Assembly (NCBI GenBank): GCA_035292085.1
Contig: DATDQT010000124.1
Coordinates: 3,434 to 67,433 of the forward strand
DNA: 64,000 bases
Origin: a bacterium
GTDB lineage: Bacteria > Sysuimicrobiota > Sysuimicrobiia > Sysuimicrobiales > Kaftiobacteriaceae
Reading direction: 5' to 3'
Shown: one piece after another, positions 36,746 to 45,539 of the stretch
Layout of the letters: every line of letters starts with the position of its first letter
How positions within the stretch are numbered: position 1 is the first letter of the stretch
Translations under genes and position numbers: made by a program
Notes under the pieces: generated by a model
What the model was told of the DNA's origin: nothing
The model's database searches: none
What the model saw: only the letters and a program-made list of their open reading frames with translations

Positions 36746-36954
36746 GGGTTTTCTAGGTTTCGCGGCTTCCTTCACGCCTTGATCATGATAACAAAAGGGC
36801 TTGCCACCGTTCATGCACGGGCCCACACCCGTTCGTTGATTGGAACGCTCGGACAAGATGGTTAGTCTCGGAGAGATAGTGGTCGGAAAGAATACAGAAT
36901 GTGGAATATTGACTGAGAAAAGTTCGAAGGAGCAAAGAAAGGTCGGGCAAGTGG

Positions 36955-36968
36955 GACGATGTTCGAAC
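36955..36968. repeat. Right direct repeat of the islet (GACGATGTTCGAAC)
   Basis: Exact 14-nt copy of 35121-35134, 2 nt from the tRNA-Glu CCA end. Confidence 0.85.
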
Positions 36969-36970
36969 GC

Positions 36971-37048
36971 TGGTAGCCCCAGCGGGATTCGAACCCGCGT
37001 CTTGGCCTTGAGAGGGCCATGTCCTAGACCGGGCTAGACGATGGGGCC
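36971..37048 (-). tRNA. tRNA-Glu (anticodon CUC), CCA encoded
   Basis: Hand-folded cloverleaf: acceptor GGCCCCA/TGGGGCT, D arm GTCT-AGCCCGGTCTA-GGAC, anticodon arm TGGCC-CTCTCAA-GGCCA, T arm GCGGG-TTCGAAT-CCCGC, discriminator A, then CCA. Confidence 0.85.
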
Positions 37049-37059
37049 GCGGCCAACTC

Positions 37060-37088
37060 ATTATACTGACCTCATCGCTGCCACGCAA
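37060..37088 (-). promoter_or_regulatory. Promoter of tRNA-Glu (TTGCGT-N17-TATAAT)
   Basis: On the minus strand, TTGCGT (37088-37083) and TATAAT (37065-37060). The -10 ends 11 nt before the tRNA 5' end. Confidence 0.6.
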
Positions 37089-37123
37089 AGTCTGGAACCT
37101 ACGGCGCTCAGGACGAACAGAAA

Positions 37124-37432
37124 CTACTGCTTTGTGGCTTCCCGGATGTGCTCGCGCTCGACTGCCTTGCTGAGTTTCCGAAAGGCCTCGTTCAGCGTCT
37201 GGCGCGCCTGCTCGCGGTCTTTGAGGCTCTCCACTGGGATGAATGCCTCGTGATGAAGAGTGCCGCGGACGAACTGAACCCGCAACTGGCCAGGCTCCGC
37301 CTCAGAAAGCTCGCCGATCGCAATGTCATCCCGGCCCAGTCCACTCAGGTGCTCGGTGAGCAGCCTCCGGTAGTTCTGCAGATCCGCATCCTTCACGGCG
37401 ATCCCCCCTTTCCCGCCGTCGTTTTTCCCCAC
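37124..37432 (-). CDS. Hypothetical protein (102 aa)
   Basis: GTG-initiated ORF with a plausible helical C-terminus. I recognise no motif, and an antisense ORF of similar size also exists. Confidence 0.35.
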   Translation of the reverse strand: MGKNDGGKGGIAVKDADLQNYRRLLTEHLSGLGRDDIAIGELSEAEPGQLRVQFVRGTLHHEAFIPVESLKDREQARQTLNEAFRKLSKAVEREHIREATKQ

Positions 37433-37455
37433 AACAGGAAGTCGACTCCGAAATC

Positions 37456-38124
37456 TTGAAACGGTTAGGAACGCTTGTTCGTGCCCACACCGGGACCCCT
37501 CGGATGGTCGGAGGATACACTGCTGACCTGGCGTACGTCCTCACCGCGATCTGGGAATCCTTCCCTCCGCGGTGGGCGATCCGCTGGTGGATGCTGCTCC
37601 GGTACCGCGGCCTGGCCTCACGGTACGACCGCCAGGTCATTGCGCAGGACGAGGATTACGGCATGCCGCTGCAGGCGGCGCTCGGACAGATCACCGCGGC
37701 CCCACGGAGAATCCTTGATGTCGGAACCGGCACCGGGTTTGCGGCCCACGCGGTCTCAGAAGTATTTCCGCACGCCACGGTCATCGGATGTGACCTGTCG
37801 CCGGAAATGCTGCAGCAGGCCCGCGAGCGCGGCGGCGGCGTGATGTTTGTGCGGTGCGACAGCACGCACTTGCCCTTTCCGGCATCGGCCTTCGATCTGA
37901 CGGTCGTGAGCAACTCGCCGCCTCCGGTGCGTGAACTTGCCAGGATCACCGGCCCGGGAGGCGCCATCGTCATCGGCTTCAGCAGCGGCGCCCGGCTGCC
38001 CACCTGGACGCTGCACCGCCTGGCCGGCAAGTTGCGCGCGTTGGGCTGCGCCGACGTCGCCTGGGAACCGGCGGGTGAGGGCCTGTTCATCGTCGCCCGG
38101 AAGCGGGCGGAGACAGCCGCGTGA
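37456..38124 (+). CDS. Class I SAM-dependent methyltransferase
   Basis: Motif I ILDVGTGTGFAA. Start is uncertain (TTG 37456 or ATG 37504). GTGA overlap with the next gene. Confidence 0.7.
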   Translation: MKRLGTLVRAHTGTPRMVGGYTADLAYVLTAIWESFPPRWAIRWWMLLRYRGLASRYDRQVIAQDEDYGMPLQAALGQITAAPRRILDVGTGTGFAAHAVSEVFPHATVIGCDLSPEMLQQARERGGGVMFVRCDSTHLPFPASAFDLTVVSNSPPPVRELARITGPGGAIVIGFSSGARLPTWTLHRLAGKLRALGCADVAWEPAGEGLFIVARKRAETAA

Positions 38125-39698
38125 AAGTGTCGATCATTATCCCCGCGCTGGACGAAGCGCGCACGGTCGGCGAGGTGGTCGCCGTGGCGAAACGAGCCGC
38201 CTCGGTCAGCGAAGTCATCGTCGTCTCCGACGGCTCGTCCGACGGCACCGCCGCGATCGCGCGTCAGGCGGGAGCCGACCTCGTCGTCGAGCTGTCAAAG
38301 ACCGTGGGCAAGGGCGGCGCGGTCATGGCCGGCGTCGATCTCGCCCAGGGAGAAGTGCTCGTGTTCCTCGACGCCGATCTCATCGGCCTGCAGCCGTCGC
38401 ACATCGAGCAGCTGGTCCAGCCCATCCTCCGCAAGGACGCCGACATGATCGTCGGCATGCTGGGGGAAGATCTGCTGCAGGTCGTGGCGCCGTACCTGGT
38501 GGGGCAGCGGGCGCTGACCCGGGGGCTGCTGCTGCGTGCGCCCGATCTGCGCTCCCGAGGGTACGCGCTGGACTATACGCTCTCGCGGGCGGCCAGACGG
38601 CAGAAGTGGCGAGTCCGGTCCGTCGACCTGGACGCCGTCAAACACCGCTCCAAACAGAAGAAGTACGGGCTGGTGCGCGGCTACCGGTTCAAACTGCAGG
38701 CCACCCGGGATCACTTCATCAGCCGGACCTCACGCCGGAACCGGCTCTTCGGGTGGCGCGGCGGCGCGGCGGGACTGACCGTCGTCCTCATGGCGTACGG
38801 ACTCGCCGGACTCTTCATTCCGAATACGTTCGCCGGACGCCTGAACGTGATGCCGCAGCCCACTGCCGCCGACCGGATCCTGCTCGTGGTCGCCCACAAC
38901 GACGACGAGTTGATCGCCGCCGGCGGCTACCTGGCCGCCGCGCTGGCCGCGGGGAGTCAGATCACCGTGGTCGTCGTCACCAACGGCGACGGCAACAAAT
39001 TCTCCGCCGCCGTCCTGAGCCGGCGCGTGCGGCCCGGCCCGAAAGAGTACATCCGGGAAGGCGAGGTCCGGCAGCAGGAATCGCTCGCGGCGCTGCACCG
39101 GCTGGGCCTCCCGGGTGAGCAGGTGCTGTTCCTGGGGTTCCCCGACCGCGGCCTGGAGGATCTGCTCGGCACGCACTGGCCGAAGAATGCACCGTACATC
39201 TCCCCCTTCACGCGCACGGCGTCCCCGCCCTACGGCGGGGCCTACCAGCCGTCTGCGACCTACACGGGGGACGATCTCTACGCGCTGCTGGCGGGGATCG
39301 CGGAGCGGCTGAAGCCGACCATCGCCATCTTCCACTCTGATCTTGATGAGCATCCCGACCACCAGGCCCTCCATGCGTTCGTCACCATGGTGCTCGATGA
39401 CCTGGCCCAGCGGTTCCCGGGGCAGCGCACCGCGCGGTTCACGTTTGTGATTCACGCCGACGACTATCCCCGGCCGCTGCGCTACTCGCCGAAATCGGCG
39501 CTCGCACCGCCGCCGCGGGTGCAGGCGGAAGGGCGGTGGCTGAAGTACGACCTGACGCCGGCGCAGGTCACCCTGAAGACGCAGGCGATGCATGCGTACC
39601 GCAGCCAGTACCAGAGTCCCTACCTGCGCCTGCTCCTCAACAGTTTCATCCGCCGGAACGAGCTCTTCATCGACGAGAGCGACCCCGTCGTCCGGTAG
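38121..39698 (+). CDS. Fusion protein: family-2 glycosyltransferase + TM segment + PIG-L/LmbE-type deacetylase
   Basis: N-terminal MKVSIIIPALDE and FLDADL (GT-A DxD). Central hydrophobic segment LTVVLMAYGLAGLFIP. C-terminal ILLVVAHNDDELIAAGG and HPDH. Confidence 0.75.
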   Translation: MKVSIIIPALDEARTVGEVVAVAKRAASVSEVIVVSDGSSDGTAAIARQAGADLVVELSKTVGKGGAVMAGVDLAQGEVLVFLDADLIGLQPSHIEQLVQPILRKDADMIVGMLGEDLLQVVAPYLVGQRALTRGLLLRAPDLRSRGYALDYTLSRAARRQKWRVRSVDLDAVKHRSKQKKYGLVRGYRFKLQATRDHFISRTSRRNRLFGWRGGAAGLTVVLMAYGLAGLFIPNTFAGRLNVMPQPTAADRILLVVAHNDDELIAAGGYLAAALAAGSQITVVVVTNGDGNKFSAAVLSRRVRPGPKEYIREGEVRQQESLAALHRLGLPGEQVLFLGFPDRGLEDLLGTHWPKNAPYISPFTRTASPPYGGAYQPSATYTGDDLYALLAGIAERLKPTIAIFHSDLDEHPDHQALHAFVTMVLDDLAQRFPGQRTARFTFVIHADDYPRPLRYSPKSALAPPPRVQAEGRWLKYDLTPAQVTLKTQAMHAYRSQYQSPYLRLLLNSFIRRNELFIDESDPVVR

Positions 39699-39700
39699 CC

Positions 39701-39737
39701 GCGTCTCATTGCGTCTATTGCGTCTACTGCGTCCCCG
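39701..39737 (+). repeat. Tandem 9-10 bp repeat (GCGTCTCATT GCGTCTATT GCGTCTACT GCGTCCCCG)
   Basis: Four consecutive GCGTC-initiated units lie in the 51-bp gap upstream of the EamA transporter gene. Confidence 0.85.
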
Positions 39738-39749
39738 ACGCCATCGACA

Positions 39750-40664
39750 ATGACCCTCGATCGTGCACACCGGCGTGGGCTCCTATTGATCGTGGGGGCG
39801 GCCGCGTTGTGGGGAAGTCTGGGCGTCGCCGGGCGGGTCGCGTTCGGGGCCGGGTTGACGCCGCTGGCGGTGGCGTTCTACCGTGCCGCGCTGGCGTTCC
39901 TGGTCGTGGCGGCGGTCACAGGACTGCTGACCCCACGCGGCCTCCGCATCCGCCGCGCCGATGTGTGGCTGTTTGCGCTGTTCGGCCTCGTCGGCATCGC
40001 CGTGTTCTTCTTTGTCTACCTGTTTGCCATCAGCAAGACCACGGTGGCGACGGCGGCCATCCTGCTCTACACGGCCCCGGCCTGGGTCCTCGTCCTGTCG
40101 CGGATTGCCTTCGCCGAGCCGCTCACGCGTGCCAAACTCTGGGCGCTGGGGCTGGCCTTTGTCGGATGCCTGCTGGTCGTCCGCGCGGATGACGTGGCGG
40201 CGCTCCGGCTGACGCTGCCGGGCGTGGCGGCGGGCCTGGCGTCGGGACTGACCTACGCGCTGTACAGTGTCTTCGGGAAAACCGCGCTGCGCCGCTATCC
40301 GCCGCAGATCACGCTGACGTATGCCCTGGGCTTCGGGAGTCTGTTCCTCGGGATCGCCGCTGCCGCGACCGGGCAGCTCGACGCGGGATCGCTGCGCACC
40401 GGATGGCCTATGCTGGCCTATCTCGGGCTGGTCACGACGCTGCTGGCGCAGTTCCTGTACCTCAGCGGCCTGCGCGAGGTGGAAGCAGGACGGGCCAGTC
40501 TGATCGCCACGCTGGAACCGGTGGTGGCCGCGGGGCTCGGCTATCTCCTGCTGCGGGAGCGGTTGGAGTTGCCGCAGTTGCTCGGAGGGGCGGCCGTCCT
40601 CAGCGGTGTCCTTCTCGTACGGCGATCACCTGTGCCACCCGCCGAATTGCCACCAGCAGGATAG
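39750..40664 (+). CDS. EamA/DMT-family transporter
   Basis: 304 aa, 10 hydrophobic segments, duplicated EamA-like halves. Confidence 0.8.
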   Translation: MTLDRAHRRGLLLIVGAAALWGSLGVAGRVAFGAGLTPLAVAFYRAALAFLVVAAVTGLLTPRGLRIRRADVWLFALFGLVGIAVFFFVYLFAISKTTVATAAILLYTAPAWVLVLSRIAFAEPLTRAKLWALGLAFVGCLLVVRADDVAALRLTLPGVAAGLASGLTYALYSVFGKTALRRYPPQITLTYALGFGSLFLGIAAAATGQLDAGSLRTGWPMLAYLGLVTTLLAQFLYLSGLREVEAGRASLIATLEPVVAAGLGYLLLRERLELPQLLGGAAVLSGVLLVRRSPVPPAELPPAG

Positions 40665-41799
40665 TCGTACCGAGGGTGAGCACGATCGCCGTCGCGACAA
40701 ACGGAGCCCGCACGCCGACGGTGTCCCACAGCACGCCGCCCAGCAGCGGCCCCAGCACCAACCCGATGCCCTCCGCGGTCTGCGCGGCGCCCATCGCGAG
40801 CCCCACGCGGCCCGGCGGCGCGAGTTCGCTGACGAGCGCGTGCCACGCCGGTGACGAGATCGTGTACCCGAGCCCCATCAAGGCCGCCGCGACGACCAGC
40901 CAGGCCGGCTGGGCGGTCACCGGCAGTACCCACATCCCCGCCGTCGCTGCGATCATCCCCCACACGACCGCCGGAACCTTCCCATAGCGGTCGGCCAACC
41001 GCCCGGCGGGCACCGAGGCCGCGGCCACGGCCAGGACCGCCGCCAGGAACAGGGTCCCGATCAGGTGCTCCGACAGTCCGAGGACGCGCTTCGCATAAAT
41101 CACCAGGATCGGAGCGAGCAGGCCGACGCCGAACATCTGCACGAACGCAACCACCAGCATCGCCAGCAGTGTGGGCGACATGCGGGCGCTCGCCACCACG
41201 TCCCGGAGGTTTGGGTTGACCACCACTTCGTCAGGATTCGCACGGTGGGGCTTGTCGTCGATGCCCCGCAGCAGCAGCGCGGCGAGGAGCGCCGTCGCCG
41301 CCAGAATCGCGCTGGCGGTGTAGAACCCGACACGGTACGATCCCGTGAATCCGACGACCAGCAGTCCCAGCGCGGGCCCCAGCGCCAGACCGGCGAGGAA
41401 GAAGGAGTTGAGGGTGCCCATGGCCGTGGCGCGCTGTTCGACCGGCGACGTATCGGCGATCGCCGCGGCCGAAGCCGGCCACAATGCCGACGAGCCCGTC
41501 CCGTCCACCAGGCGCAGCGGGACGAACAGCACCGGCAGCCGCAGCACCGACATCAGCATCGGCGCCACGCTGCTGAGCAGGAGGCCGGCGATGATGAGCG
41601 GGCGCCGCCCGACGCGATCGGCAATCGCCCCCCACACGGTCTTCGCCAGCGTTTCGACCAGGGCAAAGGAGGCGACCACGACGCCGACGAGCCGGACACT
41701 CGCGCCGAGGCGTTCGGTCAGATGGAGGGGCAGCAGTGGGATGATCGTGGCAAACCCCAGTTCCGCCAGGCCGAGGACCAGCGAGATCCGCAAGACCAT
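40600..41799 (-). CDS. MFS transporter
   Basis: ATG 41799 (MVLRISLVLGLAELGF...). Loop motif ADRVGRRP. The ORF-track extension to 42192 overlaps gatD and is rejected. Confidence 0.75.
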   Translation of the reverse strand: MVLRISLVLGLAELGFATIIPLLPLHLTERLGASVRLVGVVVASFALVETLAKTVWGAIADRVGRRPLIIAGLLLSSVAPMLMSVLRLPVLFVPLRLVDGTGSSALWPASAAAIADTSPVEQRATAMGTLNSFFLAGLALGPALGLLVVGFTGSYRVGFYTASAILAATALLAALLLRGIDDKPHRANPDEVVVNPNLRDVVASARMSPTLLAMLVVAFVQMFGVGLLAPILVIYAKRVLGLSEHLIGTLFLAAVLAVAAASVPAGRLADRYGKVPAVVWGMIAATAGMWVLPVTAQPAWLVVAAALMGLGYTISSPAWHALVSELAPPGRVGLAMGAAQTAEGIGLVLGPLLGGVLWDTVGVRAPFVATAIVLTLGTTILLVAIRRVAQVIAVREGHR

Positions 41800-41848
41800 C
41801 CCGCGAGTGGTCACCGGCGCATCGCCCCGTCCCAAGTCGCCAGCCGCT

Positions 41849-42622
41849 TCATCGCTCTCGCGGCACGTACCAAGGCGACTTGGAACGGGGCATCGCGCGG
41901 GCGACGGCGGCATCGTGGGCGATGGATTCGGCCGCGTCCGGCAGCGGGGACAGCACCACCTCCGGGTAGCGTGCGCGCAGGGCTGTCGCGACGAGGTGAT
42001 CGGCAAGGTGGGGATTCTTGGGCAGCAGCGGTCCGTGCAGATACGTGCCGAACACGGAGCCCGACACGGCGCCTTCGGTGCGATCCTCGCCGTTGTTGCC
42101 GTAGCCGGCCACGACCTGCCCGAGCGGCCGGACGCCGGAGCCCAGCCGTGTTCTGCCGCCGTGATTCTCGAACCCCACCAGCGTGGCCCCACCGAGCAGC
42201 GGCGCGCGGATGACGATGTTCCCGATCAGACGCCGGGCAGCGGGACCGGGATGCTCGGTGGTCAGATCCAGCAGGCCGAGTCCAACCAGGTCGGCGCCGT
42301 CGGCCGGCCGGTAGTACCGTCCCAGCAGCTGGTATCCGCCGCAGACCGCCAGCACCACAGCGCCCCGGGCCGCGGCATCGACGAGGGCGTCCCCTTTAGC
42401 CGCGCGCAGATCGTCCGCCGCCAACCGCTGCTGCCGGTCTTCACCACCGCCGAGAAAGTAGAGGTCATGCGCGCCCGCGGGCAGGCGGTCGCCCACCCCA
42501 TATTCTTCGATCTCGACGCCGATCTGCCGCCACCGGACCCGCGCGGCCAGCGCCATCAGGTTGCCGCGGTCGCCGTAGAGGTTGAGGAGATCAGGGTACA
42601 GGTGGCAGATGCGAAGGATCAT
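41849..42622 (-). CDS. gatD: Lipid II isoglutaminyl synthase, glutaminase subunit (CobQ-type GATase)
   Basis: MILRICHLYPDLLNLYGDRGN, catalytic LAVCGGYQLLG, GFENHGGRT. ATGA overlap with murT. Confidence 0.8.
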   Translation of the reverse strand: MILRICHLYPDLLNLYGDRGNLMALAARVRWRQIGVEIEEYGVGDRLPAGAHDLYFLGGGEDRQQRLAADDLRAAKGDALVDAAARGAVVLAVCGGYQLLGRYYRPADGADLVGLGLLDLTTEHPGPAARRLIGNIVIRAPLLGGATLVGFENHGGRTRLGSGVRPLGQVVAGYGNNGEDRTEGAVSGSVFGTYLHGPLLPKNPHLADHLVATALRARYPEVVLSPLPDAAESIAHDAAVARAMPRSKSPWYVPRER

Positions 42623-44007
42623 TGCTCCCAAAACCTCCTCACGAGCCCCCGCTGTTGAAGAATGCGCCGGAGTTCGAGCATCGCCGTGTACGTCGGAAGC
42701 ATGAAGATGCGCTCACCCGCTCCCGCCCGGGCCCGCGCCGCGTCGACTGCCGCGTCGAGCGCGTTGAGCCTCAGGACGCGCCCGTCGTCGACGCCGGCGT
42801 AGCGGAGGCGCAGGGCCATGTCCTCCGCCCGAAGGCCGCTGACGATGATCGGCGCGGACCCGGACGCCAGCATCTCAAAATCCACATCCCACAACCAGGA
42901 GATGTCGCGCCCATCGGCGGTCAGGTCGTTGATGGCAATCAGAACCACGCTGTCCTTCGACTCCTTCAGCACGGTCCGCAGCACCTCATTGAATCCGGCG
43001 GGATTCTTGGCCAGCAGCACCACGGCCTCGCGGTCATCCAGCCGGATCGACTCGGCGCGGCCGAATGCTGGCGCAAACGTCTCAATCCGGGCGGCGATGG
43101 TGTCCAAAGAAATCCCCAGCTGCAGACAGGCCGCCGCCGCCGCGAGGACATTGTGGACATTGTAGACGCCCGGCAGCGGAGTGCGCACGCGCCGGCTTCC
43201 GGCGGATGATGCCACGGTGAACTCGGTCCCGGCGATCCCCAGCATGCGGACATCGGTCGCGACGACGTCCGGAACCGGCCGCCGCCAGCCGCAGCCCTCG
43301 CAGTGGTACAGGCCCATGTGCCCGAAGTACACGGCCTCGTAGTGGTAGCGGCTGCCGCAGCGGTAGCAGTACCGCGCGTCGGCCGCGTGTTCCATGGTGC
43401 CGACACCGCACGAGGCGTCGGCGATGCCAAACGCGAGCCGCGGGCCCGGATACCCGGTGCCGACGTCGGCGACCAGCGGATCGTCCGCGTTGAAGATCAC
43501 CGCCGTGTGCGCGGGCACCAGGCTCAATGCGCGCTGCCAGCGGCCGGCGACGAGATCGATCTCCCCGTAGCGGTCGAGTTGATCGCGAAACAGGTTCGTG
43601 AGCACGATGCTGCGCGGCACGAGCGTGCCCGTGATCACCGGAAGCGTGGCCTCGTCGACCTCAAAGACGCCCAGGTCCCCGCGTAGCATGCCCAATGCGG
43701 ACGCGTGATGGACCAGCGCGGCGGCGATCCCGGAGGCCAGGTTGGCGCCGGCCCGGTTGTGGACGGGGCTCAAACCGGCGGCATGCGCGATGTGGCTGAT
43801 CAGCCGCGAGGTGGTGGTCTTGCCGTTGGTCCCGGTGACGATCACCGCGCCCGCGGTTAACCGGGCGGCCAGGCGGCGGATCACGTCGGGGGCGACGGCC
43901 TGGGCGACGCGCCCGGGCATCGTGGTGCCGCCACCCACGCCGAGCGCACGACTAAGGGTCGCCGTCGCCTTACCGAGGACTATGGCGGAACTCAAACGGA
44001 CGTCCAC
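42619..44007 (-). CDS. murT: Lipid II isoglutaminyl synthase, Mur-ligase-like subunit
   Basis: VTGTNGKTTT P-loop, Cys4 ribbon CYRCGSRYHY...CEGCGW, paired with gatD. Confidence 0.85.
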   Translation of the reverse strand: MDVRLSSAIVLGKATATLSRALGVGGGTTMPGRVAQAVAPDVIRRLAARLTAGAVIVTGTNGKTTTSRLISHIAHAAGLSPVHNRAGANLASGIAAALVHHASALGMLRGDLGVFEVDEATLPVITGTLVPRSIVLTNLFRDQLDRYGEIDLVAGRWQRALSLVPAHTAVIFNADDPLVADVGTGYPGPRLAFGIADASCGVGTMEHAADARYCYRCGSRYHYEAVYFGHMGLYHCEGCGWRRPVPDVVATDVRMLGIAGTEFTVASSAGSRRVRTPLPGVYNVHNVLAAAAACLQLGISLDTIAARIETFAPAFGRAESIRLDDREAVVLLAKNPAGFNEVLRTVLKESKDSVVLIAINDLTADGRDISWLWDVDFEMLASGSAPIIVSGLRAEDMALRLRYAGVDDGRVLRLNALDAAVDAARARAGAGERIFMLPTYTAMLELRRILQQRGLVRRFWEQ

Positions 44008-44078
44008 TCACTCAACGCTACACAACTCACACAACCGACACAACTACCTGCCCCACCGACGCTGTGACCTCTCCTGCT

Positions 44079-44175
44079 GTCATTGCGAGGACCGCGAGCC
44101 CGCGGAGCGGGCGCGGCGGGCCGAAGCAATCTCAGTCCTGGGATTGCTTCGGCCCCTTCGGGGCCTCGCAATGAC
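44079..44175. repeat. Family B full-length composite palindrome (97 bp)
   Basis: Outer arms GTCATTGCGAGG / CCTCGCAATGAC (12 bp). Inner arms CCGAAGCAATC / GATTGCTTCGG (11 bp) around a 10-nt loop. GC-rich variable internal segments. Confidence 0.9.
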
Positions 44176-44190
44176 GAAACGGAACGGTTG

Positions 44191-45414
44191 TTAGAAGCGG
44201 CGGGCGCCGAGGTAGCGGGCCTTGTAGTACCGGTAATCCAGCGAGGTGAGGCTGACCCGGCCGATGCCGGAGCCCGAGTGCATGAACAGGTTGTTGCCGA
44301 CGTAGATGCCGGCGTGGCTGGGGCCGGGGCTGACCGTCTGGAAGAACACAACGTCTCCCACCTGGAGGTCGGCCCTGGCCACCGGGCGCCCACTAGCGAA
44401 CATCGCATACGTGGTGCGTGGCAGGCGGACCCCCACGCTGTTCATCACATAGTAGATGAACCCGGAGCAGTCGAAGCCGCGGGGCGACACGCCGCCCCAG
44501 CGGTATCGGATCCCCAACAGCCGGACGCCGGCCCGCTGGACGGCCGTGGCCCACTTCTCACCGCGTGACGGAATCGCGCTCCGGGGGAGCATCCGCACCG
44601 GTGCCACGGACGTGCTGGGCAAGACCCGCAGCGCCGGCGCGGGACTCAGTCTCGCCGGGGCCGGCTCCGCGGACTCGGCATTCGCCGGTATCTGAACCGC
44701 GGCAGGCGACGGAGCTGCAGGTTTCGAGGCCGCTGGTTTCGAGGCTGCGGGTTTCAACGCCGTCGGGGCCGGCGCAGGGATCTGCGCCGCGACCGGAACT
44801 TTCAACCGCTGACCCAATCGCAGCGCGTCGGGGTTGCGCAGGTCATTCAACGCAATCAACACGTTCACGGTGGTGCGGTAGCGTGCCGCCAGCGTCCAGA
44901 GCGTGTCGCCGGCGGCGACCGCATGCCAGCCAACGTTCTGCGGCATACGGGTCTGCGCTTCCGCCCGCGCGGCGGGCTGCGGCGCCGTGCGCCCGGGGAC
45001 GACCAGCCGCTGGCCGAGCTTCAGCGCGTTCGGATTCGGCAGCCGGTTGGTCTCCACGATGGCATCCACCGACGTCTTGTAGCGCGACGCAATCGACCAC
45101 AGGGTATCCCCGTTCTGCACCACGTGGATCAGCGGTGAGGATGACGCAGCCGCGGGGGAGGACGTGGTCGCGGCGGTTCCCTGCGCGGGGATGACCAGCC
45201 GCTGGCCGAGCTGCAGGGCGTCGGGATTCGTCAACTGGTTGGCGGAGACCAGCGCGGTAACGGTGACGCCGAACCGCGATGCGATGGTCCAGAGGGTATC
45301 GCCGGGCTGAACGATGTACGTCTGAGCGGCCGCCGCGGCTGCGGTGGGCATCAACAGCACCAAGGTGAGGCACAGGACCACCACCGGCGCCGCGCGGCTC
45401 GCCTTGTGCGTCAT
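44191..45414 (-). CDS. Peptidoglycan endopeptidase: signal peptide, three LysM domains, NlpC/P60 (C40) domain
   Basis: Three YxVxxGDTLWxIA repeats. FDCSGFIYYVM catalytic Cys. Start chosen at ATG 45414, which gives a signal-peptide N-terminus. Confidence 0.85.
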   Translation of the reverse strand: MTHKASRAAPVVVLCLTLVLLMPTAAAAAAQTYIVQPGDTLWTIASRFGVTVTALVSANQLTNPDALQLGQRLVIPAQGTAATTSSPAAASSSPLIHVVQNGDTLWSIASRYKTSVDAIVETNRLPNPNALKLGQRLVVPGRTAPQPAARAEAQTRMPQNVGWHAVAAGDTLWTLAARYRTTVNVLIALNDLRNPDALRLGQRLKVPVAAQIPAPAPTALKPAASKPAASKPAAPSPAAVQIPANAESAEPAPARLSPAPALRVLPSTSVAPVRMLPRSAIPSRGEKWATAVQRAGVRLLGIRYRWGGVSPRGFDCSGFIYYVMNSVGVRLPRTTYAMFASGRPVARADLQVGDVVFFQTVSPGPSHAGIYVGNNLFMHSGSGIGRVSLTSLDYRYYKARYLGARRF

Positions 45415-45485
45415 CCGTGCACCCGTCTCGCCTCCATCATCAAACCGAACCGTAATTCGGGACACCGGGGAAAATTCCCTTTGCG

Positions 45486-45513
45486 TTGCGTGGTGAAAGG
45501 GTTTTGCTATAAT
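45486..45513 (+). promoter_or_regulatory. Promoter TTGCGT-N16-TATAAT
   Basis: TTGCGT at 45486-45491 and TATAAT at 45508-45513, followed by SD GAGGAGG (45526-45532) and GTG 45540. Confidence 0.6.
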
Positions 45514-45539
45514 GGGGCAACGATAGAGGAGGACGCGCC

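Larger units (their letters stand above)
35135..36954. mobile_element. Low-GC islet (putative integration remnant) carrying vapBC and a nucleotidyltransferase
   Basis: Bounded by 14-bp perfect direct repeats and adjacent to tRNA-Glu. Example line 35941-36000 has 29/60 G+C versus 48/60 at 33961-34020. No integrase is present. Confidence 0.4.
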
